A stretch of DNA of 64,000 nt from an uncultured delta proteobacterium (GCA_963767925.1 CAVYGB010000002.1:64001-128000); one strand, 5' to 3'. Counted from the stretch's first letter, positions 10,346 through 21,581 are shown. A program made the numbers and translations. The notes: generated from the sequence alone by a model not told the origin.

Positions 10346-11881
10346 GTGAAATTCGGCGACGAGCAGATCCTCAACCTGGTCTCGGTCGGCACCATCGAGC
10401 CGCGCGGCGTGCGGCTGTGGGCCCGCACCGAGCGGCCGGGGCGCTTCGTGTTGACGGTGCGGCGCGGGACCGCCGTGCACGCCACGGTCGCCTTCGAGGT
10501 GGCGGCGGACAACCCGCGGGACAACACGGTTGCCCTGCGCTACCCGGAGGACTTCCCCGGCGCCCCGCCGCTGGCCCCCCTGCAGCGCTACAACTTCAAG
10601 GTCGAGTCGGAGTCGGCCGACCTGTTCGTGGGGGCGGGCGACTTCGAGACCGCCCCCGCTGGCCCGCAGGACATGCCCCACACGGTCAGCATCGGGGTCA
10701 TGAGCTGCCACCAGCCCTTCAGCTCGGAGGGGCTGGTCTCCGAGCGCAACATGCGCCTGGTGCAAGGGCTGCCGGCGGCCTTCAAGGGCTACGACATCAA
10801 GCTGCTCATCGCGACCGGCGACCAGATCTACGCCGACGCCCCCGACGAGTTCTCCCTCACCAGCCCGCATTACCTGGCGTCGCGCTGGCCCGAGCGGGGC
10901 CAGCTCCCCGAATGGGACCCGGCCGAGATCCGGGCCGCCTACCAGGAGCGCTACCGCATCGGCTGGAACCAGGCGCCCTGGCTCAAGCTGCTGAGCGCCT
11001 TCCCCAACTACGCCATCCTCGACGACCACGAGGTGTTCGACGACTGGGGGATGCTCCCCGAGCACGAGGGCCCGGCCTACCGCAAGGTCAGCGAGGCCGC
11101 CCGGCTGGCCTACCTCGACTACCAGGGCTCGCGCCAGCTCGCCTGGGGTGAGGGAGCGGCCGCCCCCGCCGCCCTCGACTACCGGTTCCGCTACGGGACG
11201 GTGGCAGGGTTCGCCTTCGATCTGCGCTCGGAGCGGCGGGCCGGTCCCGGGCACCAGGTGACGAGCGCGGCCCAGCGCGCCCGCTTCGAGCACTTCCTGG
11301 CCGAGAGCCGCAGCGCCCAGGTGGTGCTGGTGGTGACCAGCGTCCCGCTGGTGCACATCCCGGAGTGGCTGACCTCCGCCGGGCAGCGCCTGTTCGGCAC
11401 CAGCGTCGACTTCCCCGACCACTGGAGCGCGCCCGCCAACCGGGCCGAGCGGCAGATCCTCCTCGGGATGATCGAGGCCCATTTGAAGCGCCCCGAGACC
11501 CGCCAGCAGAAGCTGATCGTGCTGGGCGGGGACGTCCACGTGGGGGCGGCCTTCGGGCTGACCTTCGTGGGCCCCGATCCGCGCAGGTTCTACGAGCTGA
11601 CCACCAGCGCGGTCAGCAACCGCATCAAGACCTTCGAGGCCGACGCCTCGGTCCTGGGGCCGCGGCTGTTCGAGCTGAGCCCCCGCACGGCGGACGGGCG
11701 GCTCGACGTGCGCCTGCTGCCGGCCGCAGCTGGCTCGGGCCGCCGCAACCCCATCGGCGGGCTCAACGCCGGGGTGATCGAGCTGCGGCGCAACGGCGAC
11801 GCGACGAACGTGCGCTTCAAGCTGCTGGGCTACGGCGACGACCACCAGGTCAACGAGCAGTACCAGAGCGGCTGGCTCTGA
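10346..11881 (+). CDS. Alkaline phosphatase D (PhoD-like) metallophosphoesterase
   Basis: MSCHQP, GDQIYAD, LDDHEVFDDW, DLRSER, GDVH. Confidence 0.88.
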   Translation: MKFGDEQILNLVSVGTIEPRGVRLWARTERPGRFVLTVRRGTAVHATVAFEVAADNPRDNTVALRYPEDFPGAPPLAPLQRYNFKVESESADLFVGAGDFETAPAGPQDMPHTVSIGVMSCHQPFSSEGLVSERNMRLVQGLPAAFKGYDIKLLIATGDQIYADAPDEFSLTSPHYLASRWPERGQLPEWDPAEIRAAYQERYRIGWNQAPWLKLLSAFPNYAILDDHEVFDDWGMLPEHEGPAYRKVSEAARLAYLDYQGSRQLAWGEGAAAPAALDYRFRYGTVAGFAFDLRSERRAGPGHQVTSAAQRARFEHFLAESRSAQVVLVVTSVPLVHIPEWLTSAGQRLFGTSVDFPDHWSAPANRAERQILLGMIEAHLKRPETRQQKLIVLGGDVHVGAAFGLTFVGPDPRRFYELTTSAVSNRIKTFEADASVLGPRLFELSPRTADGRLDVRLLPAAAGSGRRNPIGGLNAGVIELRRNGDATNVRFKLLGYGDDHQVNEQYQSGWL

Positions 11882-11997
11882 TCCGGGGGCCGGGGGGCGA
11901 CACGCGCCCGGGCCGGGCGGCATCGAAAGGTGGTGAAGGGGATCAGCAACCCGGTCGCCGGGACGCGAAGCTTGCGCCGTGGGCGCGGTGGCGTTCT

Positions 11998-12020
11998 TGG
12001 TAAACTGAACTAAGGTTCAG
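11998..12020 (+). promoter_or_regulatory. Candidate extended -10 (TGnTAAACT) overlapped by a LexA-type SOS box CTGAAC-N4-GTTCAG
   Basis: Palindrome with perfect 6-bp arms at 12005-12020, ending 2 bp before the radical SAM ATG. Confidence 0.7.
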
Positions 12021-12022
12021 GC

Positions 12023-13306
12023 ATGGGCGAGGCGCTCCTGTCCGACGGTGTCCGGCGCAAGCTGCGCATCCTCGCCGACGCCGCCAAGTACGACGCCTCC
12101 TGCGCCTCCAGCGGCTCGGCCCGGGCGGGCCGACCGGGGGGCATCGGCAGCGGGGCGGCCGAGGGGATCTGCCACAGCTACACCCCCGACGGGCGCTGCG
12201 TGTCGCTGCTGAAGATCCTGCTCACCAACACCTGCGTCTACGACTGCGTGTTCTGCGTGAACCGGGTCTCGAGCGACGTGCCCCGGGCCCGCTTCACGCC
12301 GGCCGAGGTGGCGGCGCTGACCATGGCGTTTTACCGGCGCAACTACATCGAGGGGCTGTTCCTCAGCTCGGGCGTCGTGCAGAGCCCCGACCGCACCGCC
12401 GAGCAGATGATCGAGGTCGGGCGGCTGCTGCGCGAGGAGGAGCGCTTCGGCGGGTACCTGCACTTCAAGCTGGTCCCGGGGGTCGCGCCCGAGCTCGTCG
12501 ATCGCCTGGGCCGCTACGCCGACCGGCTGAGCGCGAACATCGAGCTGCCCACCCAGGGGGACCTCGACGCGCTGGCGCCCCAGAAGAAGCTGCACGAGGC
12601 CGAGGATGTGATGGGCGAGATCGATCGCCGCCACCGGGAGAGCGCCGGCGAGCAGCGGCGGCCAGCGCGGGGGCTGACCGCCGGGCCCCGCTTCGCCCCG
12701 GCCGGCCAGAGCACGCAGCTCGTCGTCGGGGCCACCGGCAGCGCCGACCGGATCATCCTGCGCACGACGGATCGGCTGTACCGGGCCCACCACCTGCGCC
12801 GGGTGTATTACACCGCCTTTTCGCCCTTCCCCGCCGCCGACCCGCGCCTGCCGATCGCCGCGGCGCCGCTGCTGCGCGAGCACCGCCTGTACCAGGCCGA
12901 CTGGCTGCTGCGGCACTACGGCTTCGGGGTCGAGGAGATCACCACCGGCGCCGACGGGAACCTCGACCTGGCCCGCGATCCCAAGGAGGCCTGGGCCCTG
13001 CAACACCGGGCGCTGTTCCCCCTCGACGTCAACCGGGCCGACCGGGCCGTGCTGCTGCGGGTGCCGGGGCTGGGGCTGCGGGCGGTCGATCGCATCGTGG
13101 CCGCCCGCCGGCACCGGGCGCTGACCCTCGCCGACCTGAAGCGGCTGGGGGTGGTGCTGCGGCGGGCCCGGCACTTCCTTGTCACGGCCGACCCCAACCC
13201 GCACCTGCGGCACCTCGACACCCTGGCGCTCGACCGGCGCCTGCGCGCGCCCCGGCAGCTCTCGCTGTTCGAGGCGAAGGGGAGCGCCCACGACGGAGAG
13301 CTGTGA
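12023..13306 (+). CDS. Putative DNA modification/repair radical SAM protein (TIGR03916-type) with helix-hairpin-helix
   Basis: LADAAKYDASCASSG, GICHSYTPDGRCVSLLKILLTNTCVYDCVFCVNR, REHRLYQADWLLR, LRVPGLG. Confidence 0.95.
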   Translation: MGEALLSDGVRRKLRILADAAKYDASCASSGSARAGRPGGIGSGAAEGICHSYTPDGRCVSLLKILLTNTCVYDCVFCVNRVSSDVPRARFTPAEVAALTMAFYRRNYIEGLFLSSGVVQSPDRTAEQMIEVGRLLREEERFGGYLHFKLVPGVAPELVDRLGRYADRLSANIELPTQGDLDALAPQKKLHEAEDVMGEIDRRHRESAGEQRRPARGLTAGPRFAPAGQSTQLVVGATGSADRIILRTTDRLYRAHHLRRVYYTAFSPFPAADPRLPIAAAPLLREHRLYQADWLLRHYGFGVEEITTGADGNLDLARDPKEAWALQHRALFPLDVNRADRAVLLRVPGLGLRAVDRIVAARRHRALTLADLKRLGVVLRRARHFLVTADPNPHLRHLDTLALDRRLRAPRQLSLFEAKGSAHDGEL

Positions 13307-14796
13307 GGGCGGTGGGTTTCGTCCCCGACTTCGCCGGCTGGCGCGCGGCCGCCCGCCCGCTGCTGGCGGCGCGGGTGCCGCCGGGGGAGATCCTCTGGCA
13401 ACCCGAGGGGCCGGAGGGGCGGCAGGCGGCGCTGCCGGGGCTGCTCGATCCGGGCCCTGCCCCCTCGCCTTCCCCGCCGGCGGCAGCGCCTGGCGGACCC
13501 CCGCTGTCGATCCCGGCCGCGTTCGTGCGCCTGGGTGAAGACGCCGCCTGCTACCGGGACCACCGGCCCGACGGCGGCGCACGCGCGAGCAGCGGAGAGG
13601 TCGCGGGCAGCCGCTGGGCGCTCCTGTACCGGGTGGCCTTCCGCCTGACCGGCGGGGAGGTAGGCTTGCTGGAGGACGCCGCCGACCCGGACGTCCACCG
13701 CTTGCAGCACCTGGCCCGGTCGGTCAAGCGCGACGCCCACAAGATGCAGGCCTTCGTCCGCTTCCGGCGGGTGGAGCACGCTGACGGCGACTGGTACATC
13801 GCCTGGCACCGCCCCGACCACCACGTCCTGCCCAACGTGGCGCCGTTTTTCGTCGAGCGGTTCAACGGCATGCGCTGGTCGATCCTCACCCCCGACGCCT
13901 CCGCCCACTGGGACGGCCAGCAGCTCCGGTTCGCCGCCGGCGTCCCCGCCCACGCCGCCCCCTCGGACGACGCGCTCGACGACCTGTGGCGCACCTATTA
14001 CGCCGCCATCTTCAACCCCGCCCGGCTCAACCTCACGGCGACCCGGCGCGAGCTGCCGGTGCGCCACTGGCCCACCCTGCCCGAGGCCCGCCTGATCGCC
14101 CCCCTGGCCGCCGAAGCGCAGGCCCGCACCCGAGCGATGGCCGACCCGGCCCTCACCCGGTCCGCCCGGTCGTTCCTGCCCCCCGACCCCGGCGCCAGCC
14201 TGGCCGAGCTCGCCGCCGCCGCCCGCACCTGCCAGGGCTGTCCCCTGTTCGGCCCCGCCACCCAGACCGTGTTCGGCGAGGGCCCCGCCGACGCCCGCAT
14301 CGTGCTTGTCGGCGAGCAGCCCGGCAACGACGAGGACCTCGCCGGCCACCCCTTCGTCGGCCCCGCTGGCGGCGTCCTCGACGAGGCCCTGCGCGAGGCC
14401 GGCCTCGACCGCCGCGCGCTCTACCTCACCAACGCCGTCAAGCACTTCAAGTTCGAGCCGCGCGGCAAGTGGCGCCTGCACCAGCGCCCGCGCGGACGCG
14501 AGGTGCAGGCCTGCAAGCCCTGGGTGCTGGCCGAGCTCGACCGGATCCGCCCCACCGTCCTCGTCGCCCTCGGCGCCACCGCCGCCAGCGCCCTGTTCGG
14601 CCCGGCCGTCAGCCCCACCCGCCACCGCACCCGCCCCCTCCCCAGCCCGCTGGCGCCCATCTGCTTCGTCACCTACCACCCGTCGGCCGCCCTCCGCGCC
14701 GACCCCGCCCACGCCCGCGACCTGCGCGCCGCCCTCACCGCCGACCTCCGCCAGGCCCGGGAGGCCGCAGAGGCACCCGTTCAGCGGGCGCGGTGA
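13303..14796 (+). CDS. udgX: DUF4130 (TIGR03915) domain fused to UdgX-like uracil-DNA binding protein
   Basis: RDAHKMQAFVRF, LWRTYYAAIFNPAR; then CQGCPL, VGEQPG, TNAVKHFKFEPRGKWRLHQRP, TYHPSA; GTGA overlap with upstream gene. Confidence 0.92.
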   Translation: MRAVGFVPDFAGWRAAARPLLAARVPPGEILWQPEGPEGRQAALPGLLDPGPAPSPSPPAAAPGGPPLSIPAAFVRLGEDAACYRDHRPDGGARASSGEVAGSRWALLYRVAFRLTGGEVGLLEDAADPDVHRLQHLARSVKRDAHKMQAFVRFRRVEHADGDWYIAWHRPDHHVLPNVAPFFVERFNGMRWSILTPDASAHWDGQQLRFAAGVPAHAAPSDDALDDLWRTYYAAIFNPARLNLTATRRELPVRHWPTLPEARLIAPLAAEAQARTRAMADPALTRSARSFLPPDPGASLAELAAAARTCQGCPLFGPATQTVFGEGPADARIVLVGEQPGNDEDLAGHPFVGPAGGVLDEALREAGLDRRALYLTNAVKHFKFEPRGKWRLHQRPRGREVQACKPWVLAELDRIRPTVLVALGATAASALFGPAVSPTRHRTRPLPSPLAPICFVTYHPSAALRADPAHARDLRAALTADLRQAREAAEAPVQRAR

Positions 14797-14858
14797 ACCG
14801 GCGGCGGTAACACCCGTTCGCGGTCGGGGTTCCCCGTCTCGGCGGACGGGCGGAGCGA

Positions 14859-16373
14859 TCAGGCGGGGGTCGCGGAGAAGCGCTGGGCGATGGCCTGGGC
14901 GCGGTAGGCGAAGACGGCGCGGAGCTGGCTGGCGATGAAGAGGGCCTGGGCGGCGCGGCCGAGGAGGCCGAGCGGGGGGGCGTAGTAGACCCGGTCCTCC
15001 ATGATTGTGTCGGCGCCCTGGGCGGTGAAGTGGTGCTCGTGCCACCAGGAGCGGTAGGGGCCGCGGGTCTGGGCGTCGACGAAAGATCGGTCCGGCTGCC
15101 AGCGCTCGATGATGGTTCGCCAGCGCAGGGGCGCGCCGGCGATGCGGATGGCGTAGTCGATCTGCGCGCCGGGGGTGATCGCGCGGGGGGCTTGCTGGAT
15201 CCGGAAGGACATCGCGGCGGGGGTGATGATGCCGAGGTTCTCGGGGCGCGAGAAGAAGGCGAAGACGTCGGCGATGGGCGCGCCGAGGCGCATCCGGGTG
15301 CGCAGGAGATAGCGCGGCGGGCGCTCGGCGAGGTAGGTGGAGGCGGCCGGCTCGGGGCGGTCGAGACCGTCCGGGGTGAGGCCAGCGCCGGGGGTCGGGC
15401 CAGCGCCGGGGGTCGGGCCAGCGCCGGGGGTGAGTGGGCCGATCTCGACGGCGGCCAGCCGAGCGGTGAGGTCGGCGATGGCGGCGTCGATGGTGGGGAA
15501 GCGGTGCTCGAAGCCCAGGGCGCGCAGGCCACGGGCCTGCAACCGCTGGCTCGCGGTGAGCACCTCGGCGGCCTCCCCGAGGGCGAGGCGCAGGACGGCG
15601 GCGGGGACGCCGAGCCGCAGCGGGTGGCCGCTGGCGCGGGCGATCGCGGCGAGGATGCGGGCGCTGGTGGCCGGCTCGGGGGTCACGATGTCGAGGGGGC
15701 CGCGGTAGCGCGGGTCGACCAGGGCGGTCGCGATCGCCGCCGCCACGTCGTCGATGTGGGCGAAGGGCAGGTAGGCCTCCCCGCTGCCGAGGCGAACGCC
15801 GAGGCCGCGCTCGAACAGGGGCCAGAGGCGGGCGAAGAAGCCGCCGCCCAGGCCCAGCACCACACCGAAGCGGGCGCAGACGACGCGCACGCCGTGCGCC
15901 TCGGCGGCCCGCGCGGCCGCCTCCCAGCGGCGGCAGGTGTCGGCCAGGAAGCCGCTGCCCGGCGGGCTGTGCTCGTCGAGGGGCGCGTCGCCCCGATCGC
16001 CGTAGATCCCGACCGCGCTGGCGTTCACGAGCACGGCCGGGCGGCGGGGGGCGGCCGCGATCGCGGCCACCAGGTCCTCGGTGACGCCGACCCGGCTGTC
16101 GACGATGCGCGCGCGCCGGGCCCGGGTCCAGCGGCCGCCCGCGATCGGCGCGCCGGCGAGGTTCACCACCGCCTGGCAACGCCCGAGCGCCTCGGTGAGG
16201 GCGGCCCGCCCGCCGCGTGCGTCTCCCACCTCGACCTCGGCGCCGAGCGACGACCGGGCCGCCTCCGGCGATCGCGCCCAGGCGAGCACGTTGTGGCCCT
16301 CCCGGAGCAGCCGCAGCACGACGGTCCGACCGATGAACCCGGTAGCCCCCACGACGAGCACGCGCATCGACAT
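14859..16373 (-). CDS. TIGR01777 NAD-dependent epimerase fused to a C-terminal SRPBCC domain
   Basis: VVGATGFIG, VVNLAGAPI, SAVGIYGD; VFAFFSRPENL, GPYRSWWHEHHF. Confidence 0.9.
   Translation of the reverse strand: MSMRVLVVGATGFIGRTVVLRLLREGHNVLAWARSPEAARSSLGAEVEVGDARGGRAALTEALGRCQAVVNLAGAPIAGGRWTRARRARIVDSRVGVTEDLVAAIAAAPRRPAVLVNASAVGIYGDRGDAPLDEHSPPGSGFLADTCRRWEAAARAAEAHGVRVVCARFGVVLGLGGGFFARLWPLFERGLGVRLGSGEAYLPFAHIDDVAAAIATALVDPRYRGPLDIVTPEPATSARILAAIARASGHPLRLGVPAAVLRLALGEAAEVLTASQRLQARGLRALGFEHRFPTIDAAIADLTARLAAVEIGPLTPGAGPTPGAGPTPGAGLTPDGLDRPEPAASTYLAERPPRYLLRTRMRLGAPIADVFAFFSRPENLGIITPAAMSFRIQQAPRAITPGAQIDYAIRIAGAPLRWRTIIERWQPDRSFVDAQTRGPYRSWWHEHHFTAQGADTIMEDRVYYAPPLGLLGRAAQALFIASQLRAVFAYRAQAIAQRFSATPA
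15381..15430. repeat. 18-bp in-frame tandem repeat (about 3 copies) encoding a TPGAG(P/L) linker
   Basis: GCCAGCGCCGGGGGTCGG repeated at the domain junction. Confidence 0.85.
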
Positions 16374-16573
16374 CTTCACCTCGGATCTTGGATGTCGGCG
16401 GCGTGGGAGCTGTGGCGTCGCCCGGGAGGTCCCCCGACGCCGGCGCCCGGGAGCGGTGGGTCGAGCGCGCCGGGCTCCTCGACCCAGGGCGCGCGGAGGC
16501 GCCCGCCTCCAGCGCGCCGGAAGCGCCGGGCTCCGGCCCGGCCGTTCGCCGATGGAAACGAGCCGAGCGGCGG

Positions 16574-17887
16574 TCAACCGGTGAGGGCGGAGGTGACCAC
16601 CTTGCCGCCGCGGATCTGCTCGTCGAGGAGGGCGGCGGGGACGCCCACCGCCCGGCCGAGGGTCTTGCCCATGCCGGCCAGGGTCTCGGCGAAGGGGATG
16701 TCGCCGCCGCCGGGGGCGGGGCGGCCGGTGGCGGCGTCGATGCCGGTGGCGTAGTAGTCCTGGGCCTTGGGCTCGAGGCCGCCGACCACGCCGCCCCGGA
16801 TGGAGGGGCCGATCATGACGGTGCAGTGGTGGCTGCCCCAGTGGTCGCGCCCGGCCAGGCCCAGCTTCTTGAGGGTGCGGCCGAAGACGTTGTAGGCGGC
16901 GAAGGTGACCCGGTCCTGCAGGCCGTGCTGCTGCAGGGTCTGCATCAGCAGGCCGATCCGCTGCACGCCCACCTCGGTCTCGGGGACCTCGGCCCGCATC
17001 AGGTCGGGGTCGTTGTGGTTGTCCCGGCCGAAGTCGATGCGGATCGCGATCACCGGGGCGACGTTCATCTTGATCATCGCCACCGCCGCCAGGATCTGCC
17101 CCTGCGAGTCGCTCGAGGTGATGCCGTCGAGCAGGTTGAGGAGATCGTCGGAGAGCGAGCCGGCCTGCCGGCGCGACAGGGCCAGGCGGTCGATGAAGGT
17201 GCGCTGGGCGGCGGTGCCGTGCTCCTTGGCGAAGGCGTACATCTTGTCGACGGTGGCGTCGCGCAGGCCCTGCAGGTCGGAGAGGGGGCCGGCCGGGCGG
17301 GTCAAGACGTCGCGCAGGGCGACCGGGGGGACGCCGGGCAGGCCGCGCCCCTCGTAGGTGAGGATGTCGCCGGCCCCGGTCGACAGCGGCTCGGCCTGGA
17401 CGGTGCCCAGGCAGGGGGCCAGGTGCTTGGCGAAGATCGAGGGCAACATCTCCTGGCGGTTGGTGGCCCCCATCAGGCGCAGCACCTTGGGCAGGTTGGG
17501 GTGGTTGTTGGTCAGTGTCGCGTGGTGAAAGAAGCTGGTGCGGGCCAGCACCCAGGGCGGCAGGGTCGACCAGAGCTGGGCGGCGGCGACGGGGGTCTCG
17601 CCGAGCAGGAACTCGGTGCGGGCCATGCGCGGGTCGGCGGCGTGGGCGATGTCGGGGAAGTCATAGGTGCCGGGGACGTTGGCGTTGAGGGGGTCGCCGG
17701 CGGAGGAGGTGCTGACGATCAGGTAGCGCGCGGCGGCCGGGTCGGCGCAGGCGGCGGGCCCGGCGGCGAGGGCCCGGCGGGGGTCCTGCAGCGCCGCCAG
17801 GGGCAGGCCGCTGGCCAGGGCGCGCAGGCCGAGGTAGCCGCTGCCGAACAGGGTGCGCTCGAGGAAGGTCCGTCGTCGGTGCTTCAT
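16574..17887 (-). CDS. DUF1501-like exported protein
   Basis: RR-containing leader MKHRRRTFL, FGRDNHND, NVFGRTL, GRDHW. Confidence 0.82.
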   Translation of the reverse strand: MKHRRRTFLERTLFGSGYLGLRALASGLPLAALQDPRRALAAGPAACADPAAARYLIVSTSSAGDPLNANVPGTYDFPDIAHAADPRMARTEFLLGETPVAAAQLWSTLPPWVLARTSFFHHATLTNNHPNLPKVLRLMGATNRQEMLPSIFAKHLAPCLGTVQAEPLSTGAGDILTYEGRGLPGVPPVALRDVLTRPAGPLSDLQGLRDATVDKMYAFAKEHGTAAQRTFIDRLALSRRQAGSLSDDLLNLLDGITSSDSQGQILAAVAMIKMNVAPVIAIRIDFGRDNHNDPDLMRAEVPETEVGVQRIGLLMQTLQQHGLQDRVTFAAYNVFGRTLKKLGLAGRDHWGSHHCTVMIGPSIRGGVVGGLEPKAQDYYATGIDAATGRPAPGGGDIPFAETLAGMGKTLGRAVGVPAALLDEQIRGGKVVTSALTG

Positions 17888-17955
17888 GGCGGGTTCTCCT
17901 GTCGGGTCGCTGCTGCCGGAGGGGGTGGCGGGGCTGCGGAGGTCGCGTTCGCGGG

Positions 17956-20053
17956 TCACAGGCCTTGCCCCAGGGTGAAGGGGGAAATGCAGGCGGTGAT
18001 GAAGGTCGAGCGCAGGGCCTGGGCGGGGTTGGCGCCGGTCGCGCGGGCCTCGCCGTGGTGCTGCTCGAGCAGCGCGCGCATCGGCGGCGCGCGCGGGTCG
18101 CCGGGGGGCAGGCCCATCAGCGTGTGGACGAAGTCGTCGAGGGCCTCGGGGAGCTTTCCGCTGGTCCAGCGGCCGGGGACGGCGGCGGTGGCGGGGACGT
18201 CGACAAGGCGGCCGGCCAGGAGCTGGCAGAGGTTGTCGGTGGCCGAGGAGAAGAACAGGTTGGGGTCGTGGGGCAGCAGCGGCGCCTCTTCGCCGCGGCC
18301 GTAGGCGGCGCCGGGGATGGCCATGGCCAGGCGGCCGGGGCGGGTGCGGCGGGGGGTGCGCAGCTCGCAGACGTCGGGCAGGCCGAGCCGGTTCTCCAGG
18401 AGGGCGCACAGGCCCTCGCGGCGGGCGATGCTGATGACGGTGCCGTGGGTCTCGGCGGTGCGGGTGGACTTCAGGAAGGTGACGAGCGGCGAGGAGAACA
18501 GCTCGCGCACCAGCACCTTGAAGTCGAAGTTGCTGTCGCGGAAGGTGGATGCCACCCGCACCAGCTCCGGGTCGTCGGGGTCGCAGGACTCCGAGTTGGC
18601 GAGCTGGCACAGCTTCTGGGTCCAGGCGGGGGCGAAGCGGGGGTGGTCGGCCAGGGCGCGGGCGAAGGTGGCGATGCCCCGGCCGGTGACCGGCGGGCTG
18701 CCGTCGACGGTGAAGGTGGCGCTGGCGGGGACCAGCTCGGGGGCGAGCTGCTGGAAGTAGCCGACGTTGTAGCTGTGGCGGAAGAAGTCCCGCATCGGGT
18801 CCAGGGTCTGGTGGCAGCCGAAGCAGACGGTGCCGGGCTGCACGTGCAGGGTGTCGACGCTGGTCTCGGAGAGCTGCACGGTGACGTCGCGGTCGTCGAA
18901 GCTGCGGCCCAGGCCCACGATCAGCGCCTGGTTGGCGGTGACCCGGCTGGCGTTGCTGGTGTTGGTGGGCCAGTTGGCGAAGAAGGCCAGGGTGGTGAAG
19001 AAGCCGACGCGGGGGGTGGCCAGGACCAGCTCGCTGGTGCGCGGGTCGCGGAAGCGGGGCAGGTCCCAGAACAGCGTCCGCTCCTCGCCGGGGGCGGGGG
19101 GGCGGATCTTGACCGGACGCCAGGCGTCGAAGTCCTCGGGCTTGAACTGGCTGACGGTGGCGCCGCAGGCGCCGGGGCGGCGGCCCCACAACATGTCGGA
19201 CAGCTCGACGAAGGCGTTGGGGCCGCGCACCACCTGCGGCTCGACGCAGTTGGGGCGGTCGACGCCGGGATAGGGAGTGGGATCGAAGAAGATGCCGAAG
19301 TTCGGGCTGGCCGGGTCGATGGTCTCTTCGAAGGGGATGGGCCGGGGCAGGCCGGTGGCGGGGTCGGGGTTGTGGGTGCGGACCAGGGTGAAGCCGGGGA
19401 AGCGGGTCAGCGGCCAGACGTCCTTGCGGATGACGCGCAGGTTGTCGTCGCGCGGGAGAGCGTCGAGCATCGCCAGCAGCGACATCAGCGGCGGGTTGAG
19501 CAGGAAGGTGTCGGTGGTGGCGGTCTCGGTGAAGGGGCGTCCCTGCTCCACGAGGGCCAGCACGGTGCGGGCGAAGCTCTCCTCGATGCTGCGCACGAGC
19601 AGGCGCCCGTGTTCGGAGCTGGTGGGGACCCGGCCCAGCAGGTCGATGTAGTCGCCGACGTCGGTCTGGGTCTGCTGGAAGGCCTGCTGGAAGAAGGTCG
19701 TCATGCGGGCGCGGAACTCCGGGGTGGCCATCCAGGCGTCGATCAGCGTGCGCAGGGCGTCCGGGTCGGCCTGCACGGCCCGCAGCTCGGCGGCGGTGGC
19801 GGGCAGGCCGGTGAGGATGCTCTTCACCTTGCCGAGGGCCACGTGGGGGGGCAGCGGCTCGAAGGGGGGCGCCGGGGGCGGCGGGTCGGTCGCCGGGGGT
19901 GTCCGGGCGGAGCGGGCGGGCGTGCTGGGGTCACCGGCGGGGGGCGGCGCGGCGCCGCCGGGGGGCGTCGGGCAGGCCGCCGCGATCAGAGGAACAGGCC
20001 GCGGTGGCGAGGACGGCGGCGAGGACGACAGCGACAACCGGGGGAATCGTCAT
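17956..20053 (-). CDS. Large lipoprotein partner of DUF1501 with a CxxCH motif (DUF1588/1585-like); one frameshift near 19960
   Basis: Signal peptide MTIPPVVAVVLAAVLATAAC from ATG 20053 joins the 693-aa ORF at a G run; CFGCHQTLDP, WTQKLC, DFKVLVRELFSSPL. Confidence 0.78.
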
Positions 20054-20107
20054 GGTGGTGCTCCTGGATCCAGGGGGACGGGGATTCGTTACGGGGCATT
20101 CTTCCGG

Positions 20108-21581
20108 TCAGGGCGAGGGCCGCGGGCCCAGGTAGCCGGTGGCGACGGCCAGGTTGTCGAAGGTGGCATCGGCGTCGCGGGTGGGGGCCCGGCCGCCGGG
20201 CCCCGGAACATCGTGTGGAACCAGACCCCCTGCAGGCCGGTCGCCGCGCTGTCGCGCCAGCGGAGGCCGTCCAGGGAGATCGCGCGCGCCCCGTCGAGCC
20301 AGCCCTCCACCGCGCCGTCGGCCGCGCCGGGGCGGTTCAGCTTCACCCGCAGCTCGATGCTGTGCCAGGTGCCGGGCACCAGGCTGCGCTGCCAGCGGCC
20401 GTCGCGGGGCCGCTTGCCGGGGAGGGGATCGAAGACCAGCTCGCCCTTCGGCGTCCAGCGCGGCCGGATGATGCGGCCCGGGAGGCGGGCGGCGCGGGGA
20501 CCATCGGCGCACGGGTCGAGGCAGAGGCCCGGGAGGACGCCGCCGCCGGCGAAGTCGAAGTCCTCGCTCAGCCGGACGTGGTAGCGCAGGTGCAGCTCGT
20601 CGTGCGCCGGCGGCGGATCCTCGGCGCTGGCCAGCGCGCTGGCGGCGACGAACACGCGCGCGCCCCCTGCCGGCAGGCCCACCCCGTCGCGATGAAAGTA
20701 GACGCGCAGACCGCTGCCGCTCAGCCCGGTCGTGAGCTGCGTGAACCGGGGCCGCAGGCGCCCGCGCACCGCCCGCAGCGGCCGGGCGGCGTCGAAGCCG
20801 AGGTACTGGAGCACGTCGCCGCGGGCAGCCAGCGCCGGCTCGCCTGCGGCGCGCATCTCGACGGCGAGCGCCGCGCGCGGGTCCGCGGGCAGCGGGGATG
20901 GCGCGGGGGGTGGCGGTGAGACCGGCGGCAGGGCCGGGGGCAGTGGGGGCCCGCGCCAGGGGTTGCGCGCCAGCTGGCGGGGAAGCCTCACGGGCTGCTC
21001 CGGGTGCGGTCGGTCCGAGGGGCGCACGGGCGATCGGGTCGAAGGGCGCGCGTGTGGTGGGGGCGGCAGGCGCGGCCGGGTCGAGGGGCGCGGGCACCTG
21101 GGACGGAGCCTCGCCCGCGGGATCCCCGACGGGAGCCACCGCGGTGGTGTCGGGCGCGCCGGAGTCGCGATCGGGCCGCGCCACCAGGAACGCGATCGCC
21201 GCCGCTGCCGCCACCGCCGCCGCCGCCACCCAGGTCGGCCGCACCTTGCGGGGAGCCTCCCGCGGCCCCGCGAACGGATCGCGCCCACCCGGCGCACGGC
21301 GCCGGCTGCTCGTCGAGGGCGGCGTCGATGCCGTCGGCCAGGCGCTGGCGGCGGGCGGGGTCCTGGGCGGCGAGGAGGTCGCGGATGCTGGTCCAGGTGC
21401 TGTCCGCTCCCCGCGGGCGCAGGGCCGCCCGGAGCTGGCGGGCGAGCCGCACCTGCGCGGCGAAGCGATCCCGGGTCGCCGGGTCGGCCGCCACCGCGGC
21501 GGCCAGCTCCGCCCGCTCGGCCGGGTCGAGGGTGCCGTCGAGGTAGCCGTCGGTGAGGAGGTAGAGCCGCGTGCGCTTCAT
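20108..21581 (-). CDS. Anti-sigma-like membrane protein with C-terminal polysaccharide-lyase (PL14)-like domain; several frameshifts
   Basis: YLDGTLDPAERAEL N-terminus, hydrophobic helix, Pro linker, ELHLRYHVRLSEDFDFAGGGVLPGL, WHSIELRVKLNRPG, FDNLAVATGYLGP spread over different frames. Confidence 0.7.
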
